NCBI GenBank assembly: GCA_030390025.1
Contig: CM059431.1
Span: forward strand, 134,728,001-134,792,000
Source of the DNA: Squalus acanthias
Taxonomy: Eukaryota
DNA: 64,000 bases
Direction: 5' to 3'
Under the pieces are notes generated by a model. That model was not told the origin of the DNA and did no database searches. It saw nothing but the letters and a program-made list of their open reading frames with translations. The stretch's first letter is position 1, and every line of letters begins with the position of its first letter. A program made the position numbers and the translations under genes. This document shows positions 25,681-38,588 of this stretch, in pieces.

Positions 25681-28600
25681 GAAGATTTGCTAGTACTGTT
25701 GGGGGTGGTTTAAACTAACTTGGCAGAGGGATGGGATACAGAGTGGAGCTATAGTAGGGGGTGATGCACAGCCAAATATAGAGGAAAAAACAAGTCAGCA
25801 TGGAAGGCAGAGCAAATATGTAACGGCACAAAGGAGTATGGCAAGGTTGTATGGCATTTATTTTAATGCAAGGAGTCTTGCGAGTAAGGCAGATGAATTG
25901 AAGGTGTTGATGAACACATGGGAGTATGATATTGTTGCTATCACAGAGACATGCTTGAGGGAGGGGCAGGACTGGCAGCTCAATATTCCGGGGTATAGAA
26001 TCTTCAGGCGAGACAGAGGGGGGTGTAAAAGAGAACGGGGTGTCGCAATATTAATCAAGGAGTCAATTACTGCTGTAAGGAGGGATGATATCTTAGCAGG
26101 TTGCTCTAATGAGGCCATATGGGTAGAACTTAAAAACAAAAAGCGGGCAAGAACTTTGCTGGGAGTGTACTATAGGCCCCCAAACAGTCAGGGGGAGATA
26201 GAGGAACAGATATGTAGGCAAATCTCAGAGAAGTGTAGAAATAATAGGGTAATAATAGTAAGGGATTTCAACTTCCCCAATATTAACTGGGATAGTCAGA
26301 GTGTGAAAGGCTTAGAGGGTGCGGAATTCTTAAAGTGCATCCAGGAGAGCTTTTTGAGCCAGCATGTAGAAAGTCCTACAAGAGAGGGGGCGGTACTGGA
26401 CCTAATTCTAGGGAATGTAGCTGGGCAAGTGGTAGAAGTGTTAGTAGGAGAGCATTTTGGTGACAGTGACCGTAATTCGGTGAGATTTAAGGTAGTCATG
26501 GAAAAGGACAAAGATGGACCGGAGATAAAGGTTCTAAATTGGGGCAAGGCCGATTTTAATATGATAAGGCAGGATCTGGCCAAAGTGGATTGGGATAAGC
26601 TACTTGTAGGAAAATCCACATAAGAGCAGTGGGAGTCTTTCAGAAAGGAAATAGAGAGAGTACAACGGCAACATGTTCCCGTAAAGGTCAAGGGTGGGAC
26701 CAACAAGCCCAGGGAACCCTGGATGTCAAGGGATATACGAGAATGGATTAGGAAAAAAAGGGAGGCTTTTGGCAGATACAAAGGACTAAAAACAGTGGAA
26801 GCCCTAGAGGAGTATAGAAAGTGCAGCGGGGTACTTAAAAAAGAAATTAGGAGAGCGAAGAGGGGGCATGAAATAACACTGGCGGGCAAAATAAAGGAAA
26901 ATCCCAAGGTGTTTTATAAGTATATTAAGGGCAAGAGGATAACCAGGGAAAGAGTAGGGCCCATTAGGGACCAAAGTGGCAATCTGTGTGTAGAGCCAGA
27001 AGATGTAGGTGGGGTTTTAAATGAATATTTTGCATCTCTGTTCACTATGGAAAAGGACGATGTAGGCATAGAAATCAGGCAGGGGGATTGTGATATACTT
27101 GAACAAATTAGTATTGAGAGGGAGGAGGTACTAGCGGTTTTAGCAGGCTTAAAAGTGGATAAATCCCCAGGCCCAGATGAGATGTATCCCAGGCTGCTGT
27201 GTGAGGCAAGGGAGGAGATTGCAGGGGCTCTGACACAAATTTTCAGAACCTCTCTGGCCACAGGGGAGGTGCCAGAGGACTGGAGAACAGCTAACGTAGT
27301 ACCATTATTCAAGAAGGGTAGTAGGGATAAACCAGGGAATTACAGGCCAGTGAGCCCAACTTCAGTGGTAGGGAAATTATTGGAAAAAATTCTGAGGGAC
27401 AGAAATAGTCTCCACTTGGAGAGGCAGGGATTAATCAAGGATAGTCAGCATGGCTTTGTCAGGGGGAGATCATGTCTGACCAATTTGATTGAATTTTGCG
27501 AGGGGGTGACTAGGTGTGTGGATGAGGGTAGTGCAGTTGATGTGGTCTACATGGACTTCAGTAAGGCTTTTGACAAAGTCCCGCATGGGAGACTGGTCAA
27601 GAAGGAAAAAGCCAATGGGATCCAGGGCAACTTGGCACATTGGATCCAAAATTGGCTTAGTGGCAGGAGGCAGAGGGTGATGGTCGAAGGTTGTTTTTGT
27701 GACTGGAAGCCTGTGTCCAGTGGTGGACCACAGGGATCGGTGCTGGGTCCCTTGCTGTTTGTAGTGTACATTAATGATTTAGATATGAATGTAGGAGGTA
27801 TGATCAGTAAGTTCGCAGATGACACGAAAATTGGTGGGGTGGTAAATAGCGAGGAGGGAAGCGTCAGGCTACAGGATGATATAGACGGGTTGGTCAGATG
27901 GGCAGAACAGTGGCAAATGGAATTTAACCCTGAAAAGTGTGAGGTGATGCATTTTGGGAGGACTAACAAGGCAAGGGAATACACAATGAATGGTACGACC
28001 CTAGGAAGGACAGAGGATCAGAGGGACCTTGGTGTGCATGTACATAGATCCGATGAATGCAGCAGGACAGGTAGATAAGGTGGTTAAAAAGGCATATGGT
28101 ATACTTGCCTTCATTAGCCGAGGCATAGAATATAAGAGCAGGGAGGTTATGATGGAGCTGTACAAAACGCTAGTTAGAACACAGCTGGAATACTGTGTGC
28201 AGTTCTGGTCACCACACTATAGGAGGGATGTGATTGCATTGGAGAGGGTGCAGAGGCGATTCACCAGGATGTTACCGGGCCTGCAGCGCTTCAGCTATGA
28301 AGAGAGACTGGACAGGCTGGGGTTGTTTTCCTTAGAGCAGAGAAGGCTGAGGGGGGACCTAATTGAGGTGTACAAAATTATGAGGGGCATAGATAGGGTA
28401 GATAGAAAGGAACTTTTCCCCTTAGTAGAGGGGTCAATACCAGGGGGCATAGTTTCAAGGTAAGGGGCAGGAGGTTTAGAGGGGATTTGAGGAAAAACTT
28501 TTTCACCCAGAGGGTGGTTGGAATCTGGAACTCACTGCCTGAAAGGGTGGTAGAGGCAGGAACCCTCACAACATTCAAGAAGCATTTAGATGAGCACTTG

Positions 28601-28733
28601 AAACGCCATAGCATACAAGGCAACGGACCAAGTGCTGGAAAATGGGATTCAAATTGACAGGGCTTGATGGCCGGCGTGTACACAATGGGCCGAAGGGCCT
28701 CTTTCTGTGCTGTACAACTCTATGACTCTATGA
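25678..28733 (+). mobile_element. 5'-truncated CR1 LINE with complete but disrupted ORF2 (APE endonuclease plus RT)
   Basis: ORFs 25838-26623, 26723-28078 and 28029-28463. Motifs NARSL, YYRPP, YMDFSKAFDKV, FADD. Tail ctatgactctatga. Confidence 0.95.
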
Positions 28734-31238
28734 GAGACTGGAGAGAGAGAGAGACTGGAGAGAGAGAGAGACTGGGAGAGGGAGAGAGAGACTGGGGGAG
28801 GAGAGAGAGACTGGGGGAGGAGAGAGAGACTGGGGGAGGAGAGAGAGAGAGAGAGACTGGGGAGAGAGAGACTGGGGAGTGACTGGGGAGAGAGAGAGAG
28901 AGAGACTGGGGAGAGAGAGAGACGGGGAAAAAGAGAGAGATGGGGAGAGAGAAAGAGAGAGAGAGAGAGAGAGACTGCGGGTCAGAGAGAGAGATGGGGA
29001 GAGAGACAGAAGAGACGGGGGTGAGAGAGAGACTGGGAGAGAGAGAGAGAGAGACAGGGAGAGAGAGAGAGAGTGACTGGGGAGAAAGAGAGAGACAGGG
29101 GAGAGACAGACTGGGGAGAGAGAGGGAGACTGGGGGGAGAGAGAGAGACTGGGGAGAGAGAGAGAGACTGGGGAGGGAGAGAGACTGGGCGAGAGAGAGA
29201 GACTGGGAGGAGAGAGAGACAGGGGGGTGAGAGAGAGACGGTGGGTGAGAGAGAGACGGGGGGAGAGAGAGAGACTGGGAGGAGAGAGAGAGAGAGACTG
29301 GGGGAGAGAGAGAGACTGGGGGTTGAGAGAGAGACAGGGGAGAGAGAGAGAGACTGGGGGGAGAGAGAGAGACTGGGGAGAGAGAGAGAGACTGGGCGAG
29401 AGAGAGACGGGGAGAGAGAGACTGGGGAGAGAGACAGAGAGAGGCTGGGGAGAGAGAGAGAGACTGGGGAGAGAGAGGCTGGGGAGAGAGAGAGAGACTG
29501 GGGAGAGAGAGAGAGACTGGGGGAGAGAGAGAGAGGCTGGGGAGAGAGAGAGAGACTGGGGAGAGAGAGAAAGACTGGGCGAGAGAGAGACTGGGGAGAG
29601 AGAGAGACTGGGGAGAGAGAGACTGGGGAGAGAGAGAGAGACTGGGGGAGAGAGAGAGAGTGGGGAGAGAGAGACAGAGACAGGGGAGAGAGAGAGAGAC
29701 TGGGTAGCGAGAGATAGACTGGGGAGAGAGAGAGAGGCTGGGCGAGAGAGAGAGAGACTGGGCGAGAGAGAGAGACTGGGGGAGAGAGAGAGAGAGAGAC
29801 TGGGCGAGAGAAAGAGACTGGGGGAGAGAGAGAGAGAGATTGGGCGAGAGAGGGAAAGACTGGGGAGAGAGAGAGACAGAGAGAGAGAGACTGGGGGTGG
29901 GAGAGAGAGAGACTGGGGGAAAGAGAGAGAGACTGGGGAGCGAGAGAGAGATTGGGGAGCGAGAGAGAGATTGGGGAGCGAGAGATAGACTGGGGAGAGA
30001 GAGAGACACACAGGGGAGTGAGAGAGAGACACAGGGGAGAGAGAGAGATAGACTGGGGAAAGAGAAACTGGGGGGAGAGAGAGAGACGGGGGTCGAAGAG
30101 AGAGAGAGACTGGGGAGAAAGAGAGACTAGGAAGAGAGAGAGAGAGAAACTTTGGAGAGAGAGTGATGGGGAAAGATGGAGAGACTAGGGAGAGAGACTG
30201 GGGTTGAGAGCGGAAGAGACTGGGGAGAAAGTGACACTCGGGAGAGAGACACACACTGGGGAGAGAGAGTGAGGGTGAGAGAGAGAAACTGGGGAGAGAG
30301 ACAGACTGGGGAGAGAGTGAGAAACTGGGGAGAGAGAAACTGGGGGGAGAGAGAGACACTGGGGGAGAGAGAGACTCGGGGAGAGAGAGACTGGGAAGAG
30401 AGAGAGAGAGAAACTGGGGGAGAGAGCGAGAGACTGTGGAGAGAGCGAGAGACTGGGGAGAGAGAGAGAGAGACTGGGGAAAGAGTGAGAGACTGGGGAA
30501 AGAGCGAGAGACTGGGGAGAGAGAGAGACACTGGGGAGAGAGATAGACACTGGGGAGAGAGATAGAGACTGGGGAGAGAGAGAGAGACTGGGGAGAGAGA
30601 TAGACACTGGGGAGAGAGAGAGAGACTGGGGAGAGAGAGAGAGACTGGGCGAGAGAGAGAGACATGGTGAGAGAGAGAGACTGGGAGGAGAGAGAGAGAC
30701 TGGGGGTGAGAGAGAGAGACTGGGGGAGAGAGAGAGACAGGGGAGAGAGAGAGAGACTGGGGGGTGAGAGAGAGACTGGGGAGAGAGAGAGAGACTGGGC
30801 GAGAGAGAAAGACTGGGGGTAGAGAGAGAGAGACGGGGGTGAGAGAGAGACAGGGGAGAGAGAGACTGGGGAGAGAGACAGAGAGAGGCTGGGGAGAGAG
30901 AGAGACTGGGAGGAGAGAGACTGGGGAGAGAGAGAGACGGGGAGAGAGAGAGAGACTGGGGAGAGAGAGAGAGACTGGGGAGAGAGAGAGAGACTGGGGA
31001 GAGAGAGAGACTGGGGAGAGAGAGAGACTGGGGAGAGAGAGAGACGGGGGAGAGAGAGAGACTGGAGGGAGAGAGACTGGAGGGAGAGAGAGAGACTGGG
31101 GGAAGAGAGAGAGACTGGGGGAGTGAGAGAGACTGGGGAGAGAGACTGGGGAGAGAGAGACTGGGGAGAGAGAGAGAGAGAGAGAGACTGGGGAGAGAGA
31201 GAGACTGGGGAGAGAGAGAGAGAGTTTGGGGAAGAGAG
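28734..31238. repeat. GA-rich satellite, right block
   Basis: Same array continues after the CR1 insertion. Confidence 0.97.
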
Positions 31239-31239
31239 A

Positions 31240-34200
31240 TATCAGGACAGATAAGGAGATATCAGGACAGATGACCAAAAGCTTGGTGAAAGATGTAGGT
31301 TTTAAGGAGCGTCTTAAAAGGAGGAGGGAGAGGTAGAGGTGGAGAGATATAGAGAGGGAATTCCTGAGCTTAGGGCCTAGGCAGCTGAAGGCACGGCTGC
31401 CAATGGTAGAGCGGTTAAAACCGGGGATGCTCAAGAGGCCAGAATTGGAGGAGTGCAGAGATCTCGAAGGCTTGTGGGGCTGGAGTAGGTTACAGAGATA
31501 GGGAGGGGCGAGGCCATGGAGGGATTTGAAAACAAGGATGAGAATTTTAAAATTGAGGTGTTGTCGAACCAGGAGCCAATGTAGGTCAGCGAGCACAAGG
31601 GCGACGGGTGAACGAGACTTGGTGCGAGTTAGGATATGGGCAGGAGGCCAGCCAGGAGAGCATTGGAATAGTCAAGTCGAGAGGTAACAAAGTCATGGTT
31701 GAGGGTTTCAGCAGCTGATGAGCTGAGGCAGGGGCGGAGTCAGGCGATGTTACAGAGGTGGAAGTAGGCAGTCTCGGCGGATATGTGGTCGGAAGCTCAA
31801 CTTGACAAATCAGAGACAGTGGAGGGGTCAAGAGAGGTGGTGGTTAGGTAGAGCTTAGCGTCCTCAACATATATGTCTTTTCGGAAATATCGCCGAGGGG
31901 TAGCATGCAGATGAGAAATAGAAGGGGGCCAAGGATAGAACCTTGGGGGACTCCTGACGCATGTAGGAGCAGAAAAAGAAGCCATTGCAGATGATTCTTT
32001 GGATAGATAAGAATGGAACCAGGCGATTGCAGTCCCACCAAGCTGGACGATGGTGGAGAAATGTTGGAGGAGGATAGGGTGGTCAACCGTGTCGAAGGCT
32101 GCAGACAGATCGAGAAGGACGAGGAGGGATACTTTACCACGGTCAGTCACACAGAATGTCATTTATGAATTTGATAAGTGCCTCTTCAGTACTGCGGGGT
32201 GGAAACCTGATTGGGGGGATTCAAACATGGAATTGCAGGAAAGATAGGCAAGGATTTAGGAGATGACAACATGTTCAAGCACTTTGGAGAGGAAAGGGAG
32301 CTTGGAGATCGGGCAGTAGTTTGCAAGGACAGAGGGGTCAAGTGTGGGTTTTTTTTGAGTAGGAGACGGGTGATGACAGCAGCTTTGAAGGGGAGGGGGA
32401 CAGCACCTGAGGCGAGGGAACCATTAACATCAGTTAATATGGGGGCCAGGAAGGGAAGCTAGGTTCATCAGCAATCTGGAGGGAATAGGATCTAGGGAGC
32501 AGGAGGTGGTTCTCATGGACAAGATGAGTTCATAGTGGGAATGATGGAAGATAGGAGAGAAACGAGAGAAAGATGCGAGTTCAGGGCTAGGGCAGGGGGA
32601 GCCTTACGGGAAATTTTGCCCAGTGTGCTGGGGGAAGGGAGGGAAGTGGCAGGGACATCTAAACGGATGGTCTCAATCTTGGTGAAACAGAAGTCTATGA
32701 GCTCTTCGCACTTGTTGGAGGTGAGGGTGGAGGAGGCAGGGGAGAGGGGTTTAAGAAGACAGTTTGTAGTGGAGAGGGGAAGCCAGGGGTTATCTTTGCA
32801 TTCCAGGATGATCCTGAAATAGTGAGCAGTTTTGGCCGAGGAGAGCAGGACCCGGCAGCGCTTTTTGTGGTCCAGCCAGATCTGGCGATGAATAGTTAAG
32901 CCAGTTGTCTGCCATATACGTTCAAGTCTGCGTCCCTTGGAGTTAAGGGAGCCGAGGTGAAGGCCATACCTGGGGGAATGACCAGGGTGAGAGGGAGTAA
33001 TGGTTTTAATGGGGACAAGTGCATCACAGGTGGAAATGAGAGTATGACTGAGCAGATCAGCAGCTGCAGGTGTGTCATGGTGAATGGAGGAGCAAAGTTT
33101 AGAGAGTTGGGAATTTGAAGTGCAGTTGTAAGTGACTTGGGGGAGAATTTTTTCCAGAGGCGGACACAGAAGTATGTGGGGTTGGGAGGGAGAAGGGGGT
33201 GTGGGTGGAGAGGGATACAAGGAAATAGTCAGAGATGATCTTATCTGTGATTAACACGATGGAGAGCAGCAAGGCCACGCGAGATGGCGAGGTCGAGGGG
33301 GTGGCCGTGAATATGGGTTGGGGAGTTTATACGGAGGGAGATATTTAGGGAGGATAGGAGGGCAGTGAACTCAGAGGAGAGAGGGCATGATGAGTTGAGA
33401 TGGAGGTGCCAAGGCATAGAGACAAAAGCAGTGAAGATATCGCGGTGAGAAACTTAGTATAGGTTGAGCGTCCTGAATCCGGCAACCTTGGGACCGAGGC
33501 GGAGCCGGTTTTCGTGTTTTTCCAGACTTCGGAACGTGTTTCTGATGTCCGAAGTCCAGAAATATCGCAACCTGGGCTCAGGCATTTCCGGACTTCGGAC
33601 ATCAGAAACACGTTCCGAGTCCGGAAATGCCTGGGCCACTCCGCGTAGCGCTGACGTGTTTCTCCGCCCCTCCCCTTCTGTTAAAGGGAAGGGACGCTGC
33701 GAGCTCTGCAGAGCATCTGATGGCCCACACTAGGCCACCAGGGCGGCGTGGTGCTGTGGCCGCAGCCTGGCGGAAACACTTAGTGGAGCTGTGCAGATTA
33801 AGGAGGATAAAACACAACACTAAAGTTTTATTGCATCACTCGCATTTTTCATAGGATTTTTCAAAAAAAGACAACAAAAGTTAATGGCTTTTTGAAGTAC
33901 AGGTTGAGCGTCCAAAATCCGGAGTTCCGGATTCCGGAACATTTTACAGATTCCGGACGACCCTTCCACCAATCGTCCCGGAGTCCGGATTCCGGAACTC
34001 CGGATTTTGGACGCTCAACCTGTATGGTACTTGGGTGGGCGGTAGAGAATGAGGATTTTAAATGAGAAGTGAGGGGGGTGGAGCAAGATTAGATGCTCAA
34101 AGGAGGAGAAGTTGCCAGAGGAGTAGGGGGACAGACCTTGGTGTGATTTGGCGATAAGGGCTACACCACCACCGCAGCAGTTTGGGCAAGGCACATGGGG

Positions 34201-34830
34201 AAAAATATAGCTTTGCGGGGAAGCTTCTTTAAGGAGGAAGATGTCATCATCCCTCAGCCAGGTTTCCATCAAGGCCACGATGTTGATGCAATCATCCACA
34301 ATAAGCTCAGAGATGGCAAGGGCCTTGTTCAGAAGTAAACATACATTCTGGAGGGAGATACAGAGAGGGACGGTGATAGCTGATCCGTTGGCAGAGTCCA
34401 CAGGGTCAGGGAGCAGTGAGTGGGACGGGAAGGAGGCTGGCAAGATTAGCAACCAGTGGGTGTGCTGGGCGGGAAGGTCAACGAGCGAGTAGGATGGGGT
34501 AGTTGGGGTTACTGCTCGGAGGTAGGCAGCGAGGAGTGCCTCGATGGGCCCTTCGGAGGATGCCAAGAGAGCCACAGAGGGAAGCTGTAGACTTATCTAA
34601 GAGGGAGTCAAGTCTGGGGCTGCAACAGTAGAGTAGGAACGTCGAGGAGTGCTGAGGGTGGGGATTTGGGAGGGCAGAGTACCCGAGAGGGGAGAAGTGA
34701 AAGGAGGCATGATAACAGGATAGAGGGGCTTAGAAGGGGTAAAGAGAAAGATGAGAAAAAGGGGAGAGAACAGGGGAAATAGAACTGATGGACTCGGGTC
34801 TAGAGCAGCAGCCAAAACGCGCACACTCTT
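31240..34830 (-). mobile_element. Decayed L2-clade LINE (endonuclease plus RT)
   Basis: LMETWL...GGGVALI...LYRPPK, LLVLLDLSAAFDTVDH, SGVPQGSILGP, LADLHWL...FKILILVFKSLHGLAPPYL. Confidence 0.9.
33460..34022. mobile_element. Tc1/mariner (Tigger/pogo-like) MITE with TA TSD, containing a 123-bp mini-element at 33900-34022
   Basis: TA-taggttgagcgtcc at 33460, TA-caggttgagcgtcc at 33900, ggacgctcaacctg-TA ending 34022. Confidence 0.8.
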
Positions 34831-35429
34831 CCCCTTCTATAACAAATGCATGCACTCAGCAAAAAATTACACAAGAGGCTAATGTAGGGACAGCTTCAGT
34901 TGGGCAACCTTTCCCATTTCTAACATCACTGGTGATCATGTAGTTCTCTTAAACTTATTTTTTCCTTCCCCTCTTCCATTTGATTGTTCTCATCCTTTAG
35001 GTTTTTTGTCCTTTTTCCTTACTTTGACTCTTCAACTGTATGGCTAAATGAGTCATGGGAGCAGGCTGCATGAGGAGAGGGCAGCAATTTTCATTGACTG
35101 CTACCGAGGAAACTAAGTGGGAGGCCTCAAAGGCACTATTCTAGAATAGGACAGTTCCTTTTTTTTTTAAATATACATTATGCCAAACTTTCAGCAGAGT
35201 TCAATCAGGGAAAGTTGGGAAACACATAGAGGGATGGTTGTTTTGATGGTTGCTGATTATGGTAGCAAAGGTAGCTACACTTTGCCTTTAAATTGAGATG
35301 GCCATTTTAAATCTACACATTAATGGATATAGTGACTCAACAAAATGTGTAACAATGCTCAAGTGAAAGGATTCTAATGATGTGGTAAATATGGATAATA
35401 GAAATATAACAGTATTCATTCATACCCAC

Positions 35430-35521
35430 CTGAATGGATCATGAGTGTCCAGATCCAGATGTAGTCCATTTATAAACAAAGCTGAATCTCCAGGTTGAAG
35501 TCCCAAAGTTTCTGCAAAGTG
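35430..35521 (-). CDS. UGGT2: UGGT coding exon, 92 nt: HFAETLGLQPGDSALFINGLHLDLDTHDPF(S)
   Basis: Acceptor ttattcag and donor gtgggt. QPGDxxLFINGL is a UGGT motif. 30 codons plus 2 nt, in phase with the next exon. Confidence 0.92.
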
Positions 35522-36186
35522 CTGAATAAACCAAATGGACTTTTAGAGAAATAAGCACAGCATTTTTGTTAATGCAGTAAATGTAACTTATCACACTCAG
35601 TGATTTTCACTATGGCTTTCCCAGTTCTCAGAATGTATAGTGAAGCTCAGTGCAGCCTAATATCATTGACTCTGTGAAGTAAACAGACATCCCCATATTT
35701 CTAATTTTAGCTTGCACAAACATGCAATTTCCAATGATATAAAAACCAAACATTACTAGCTCAAAAATAAATTGAAAGTATACAGTTTACAACTTTTGGA
35801 ATATATACACCATTTTTTCACGGTCATTATGACTAGAAGTTTTAGGAAAAGCAATACATCTTTCTTATTGTGTGCAGATTGGAACAGAGTGTTAAACTGC
35901 GAGTTTGGTGAGTGAGAGAGCAAATCTTAAAGGTTAATCTCTTATTTTTATAAATTCTGGTCTTGTGTGCTTGCAATTAGCATTTAAATTTACTGTTTCA
36001 AGTTTTAAGTTTCCTTTAGGCTTGGGCAAGCTCTGTGCTGGAGAGCAGGTGAGAGTAATTAATTAATTAAGTGGTCTAATCTGGTTCTGTAACTGCCAGA
36101 CAGCTCACTTATTTAAATCTCAGCAGTATAAATAAGGGAGGCTAGAATGCAGTTTGTCACGGAGTGCAGATCGGAACAGAGTGTTA

Positions 36187-36970
<784 letters not shown>

Positions 36971-37516
36971 TATAACTGCGAGTTTGGTGAGTGAGGGAGT
37001 AAATCTTAAAGGTTAATCTCTTATTTTTATAAATTTTGGTCTTGTGTGCTTGCAATTAGCATTTAAATTTACTGTTTCAAGTTTTAAGTTTCTTTTAGGC
37101 TTGGGCAAGCTCTGTGCTGGAGAGCAGGTGAGAGTAATTAATTAATTAAGTGGTCTAATCTGGTTCTGTAACTGCCAGAGAGCTCACTTATTTAAATCTC
37201 AGCAATATAAATAAGGAAGGCTAGAGTGCAGTTTGTCACGGAGTGTTAAACTGTGAGTTTGCTGAGCGAGGGAGTTCGGGGAGGGAGGTGTTCCTTTCTT
37301 TTTCCATCTTTGTCAGCTTCCAGGAGAGCAGGAGCTAAAACGCTGCAGAAGAGGGGACAGAGAACCAGCGATGAGTATTTCTACAGTATTTCTACATTCC
37401 AGTCATTAAAGTAAAAGTAAGGTCTCTAGTTTAGAGTAAGTAGTGTTTAAAGGGAAGTAAGGTCCCTAGTGTATTTAATATTCTTTAATTTAAAGGGAGT
37501 AAATTCAGGGTAGGAC

Positions 37517-38464
37517 ATGGCAAGGCAGCTCGGCAGCGTGGAGTGCTCCTCCTGTGCTATGTTGGAAGTCAGGGACACTTTAGGTGTCCAGGGCGAACAC
37601 ATTTGTAGGAATTGTCTCCAGCTGCAGCTACTCGAAATCCGCATTTCGGAGCTGGAGCTGCGGCTGGAGTCACTGTGAAGCATCCGCAAAGCTGAGATCT
37701 TCGTGGATAGCACGTTTAACGAGGTGGTCACACCGCAGGTAAAGAGTGCACAGGCAGACAGGGAATGGGTGACCGCCAGACAGAGTAAAAGAACTAGGAA
37801 GGTAGTGCAGGAGTCCCCTGGGTACATCTCCCTCTCCGACAGATTTTCCGTTTCGGATATTGATGGGGGAGATGGTTTCTCAGGGGAATGCAGCAAGAGC
37901 CAAGTCTGTGGCACTACGAGTGGCTCAGCTGCATAGGAGGGGAGGAAAAAGAGTGGGAGAGCAATAGTGATAGGGGATTCTATCGTAAGGGGAACAGACA
38001 GATGTTTCTGTGGCCGCAGACATGACTCCAGGATGGTATGTTGCCTCCCTGGTGCCAGGGTCAAGGATGTCACTGAACGGCTGCAGGGCATTCTGAAGGG
38101 GGACGGCGAACAGTCAGAGGTCGTGGTTCACATTGGTACCAACGACATGGGTAGAAAGAGGGATGAGGTCCTGCAACAAGAATTTAGGGAGCTAGGTAGC
38201 AGATTAAAAAGCAGGACCTCAAAGGTTGTAATCTCTGGATTACTCCCAGTGCCACGTGCTAGTGAGTATAGGAATAGGAGGATAGAGCAGATGAATGCGT
38301 GGCTAAAGAGTTGGTGCAGGAGGGAGGGCTTTAGTTTCCTGGATCACTGGATCTGCTTCTGGGGAAGGTGGGACCTGTACAAGTCGGACGGGTTGCACCT
38401 GAACCGGAACGGGATCAACATCCTTGCGGGGAGATTTGCTAGTACTGTTGGGGGGGGGGTTTAA
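37517..38464 (+). pseudogene. CR1 ORF1 (CxxC-CxxC zinc finger, coiled coil, SGNH esterase) with in-frame stops
   Basis: MARQLGSVECSSC...ICRNCLQL, GDSIV, HIGTND and DGLH motifs all in one frame. Confidence 0.88.
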
Positions 38465-38588
38465 ACTAACTTGGCAAGGGGATGGGATACGGAGTGGAGC
38501 TATAGTAGGGGGTGATGCACAGCCAACTATAGAGGAAAAAACAAGTCAGCCTGAAAGGCAGAGCAAATATGTAATGGCACAAGGGAGT

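Noticed and set aside
22529..31596. Long ER/G-rich and SL/P-rich ORFs up to 645 aa
   Set aside because: These are translations of the stop-poor GA satellite.
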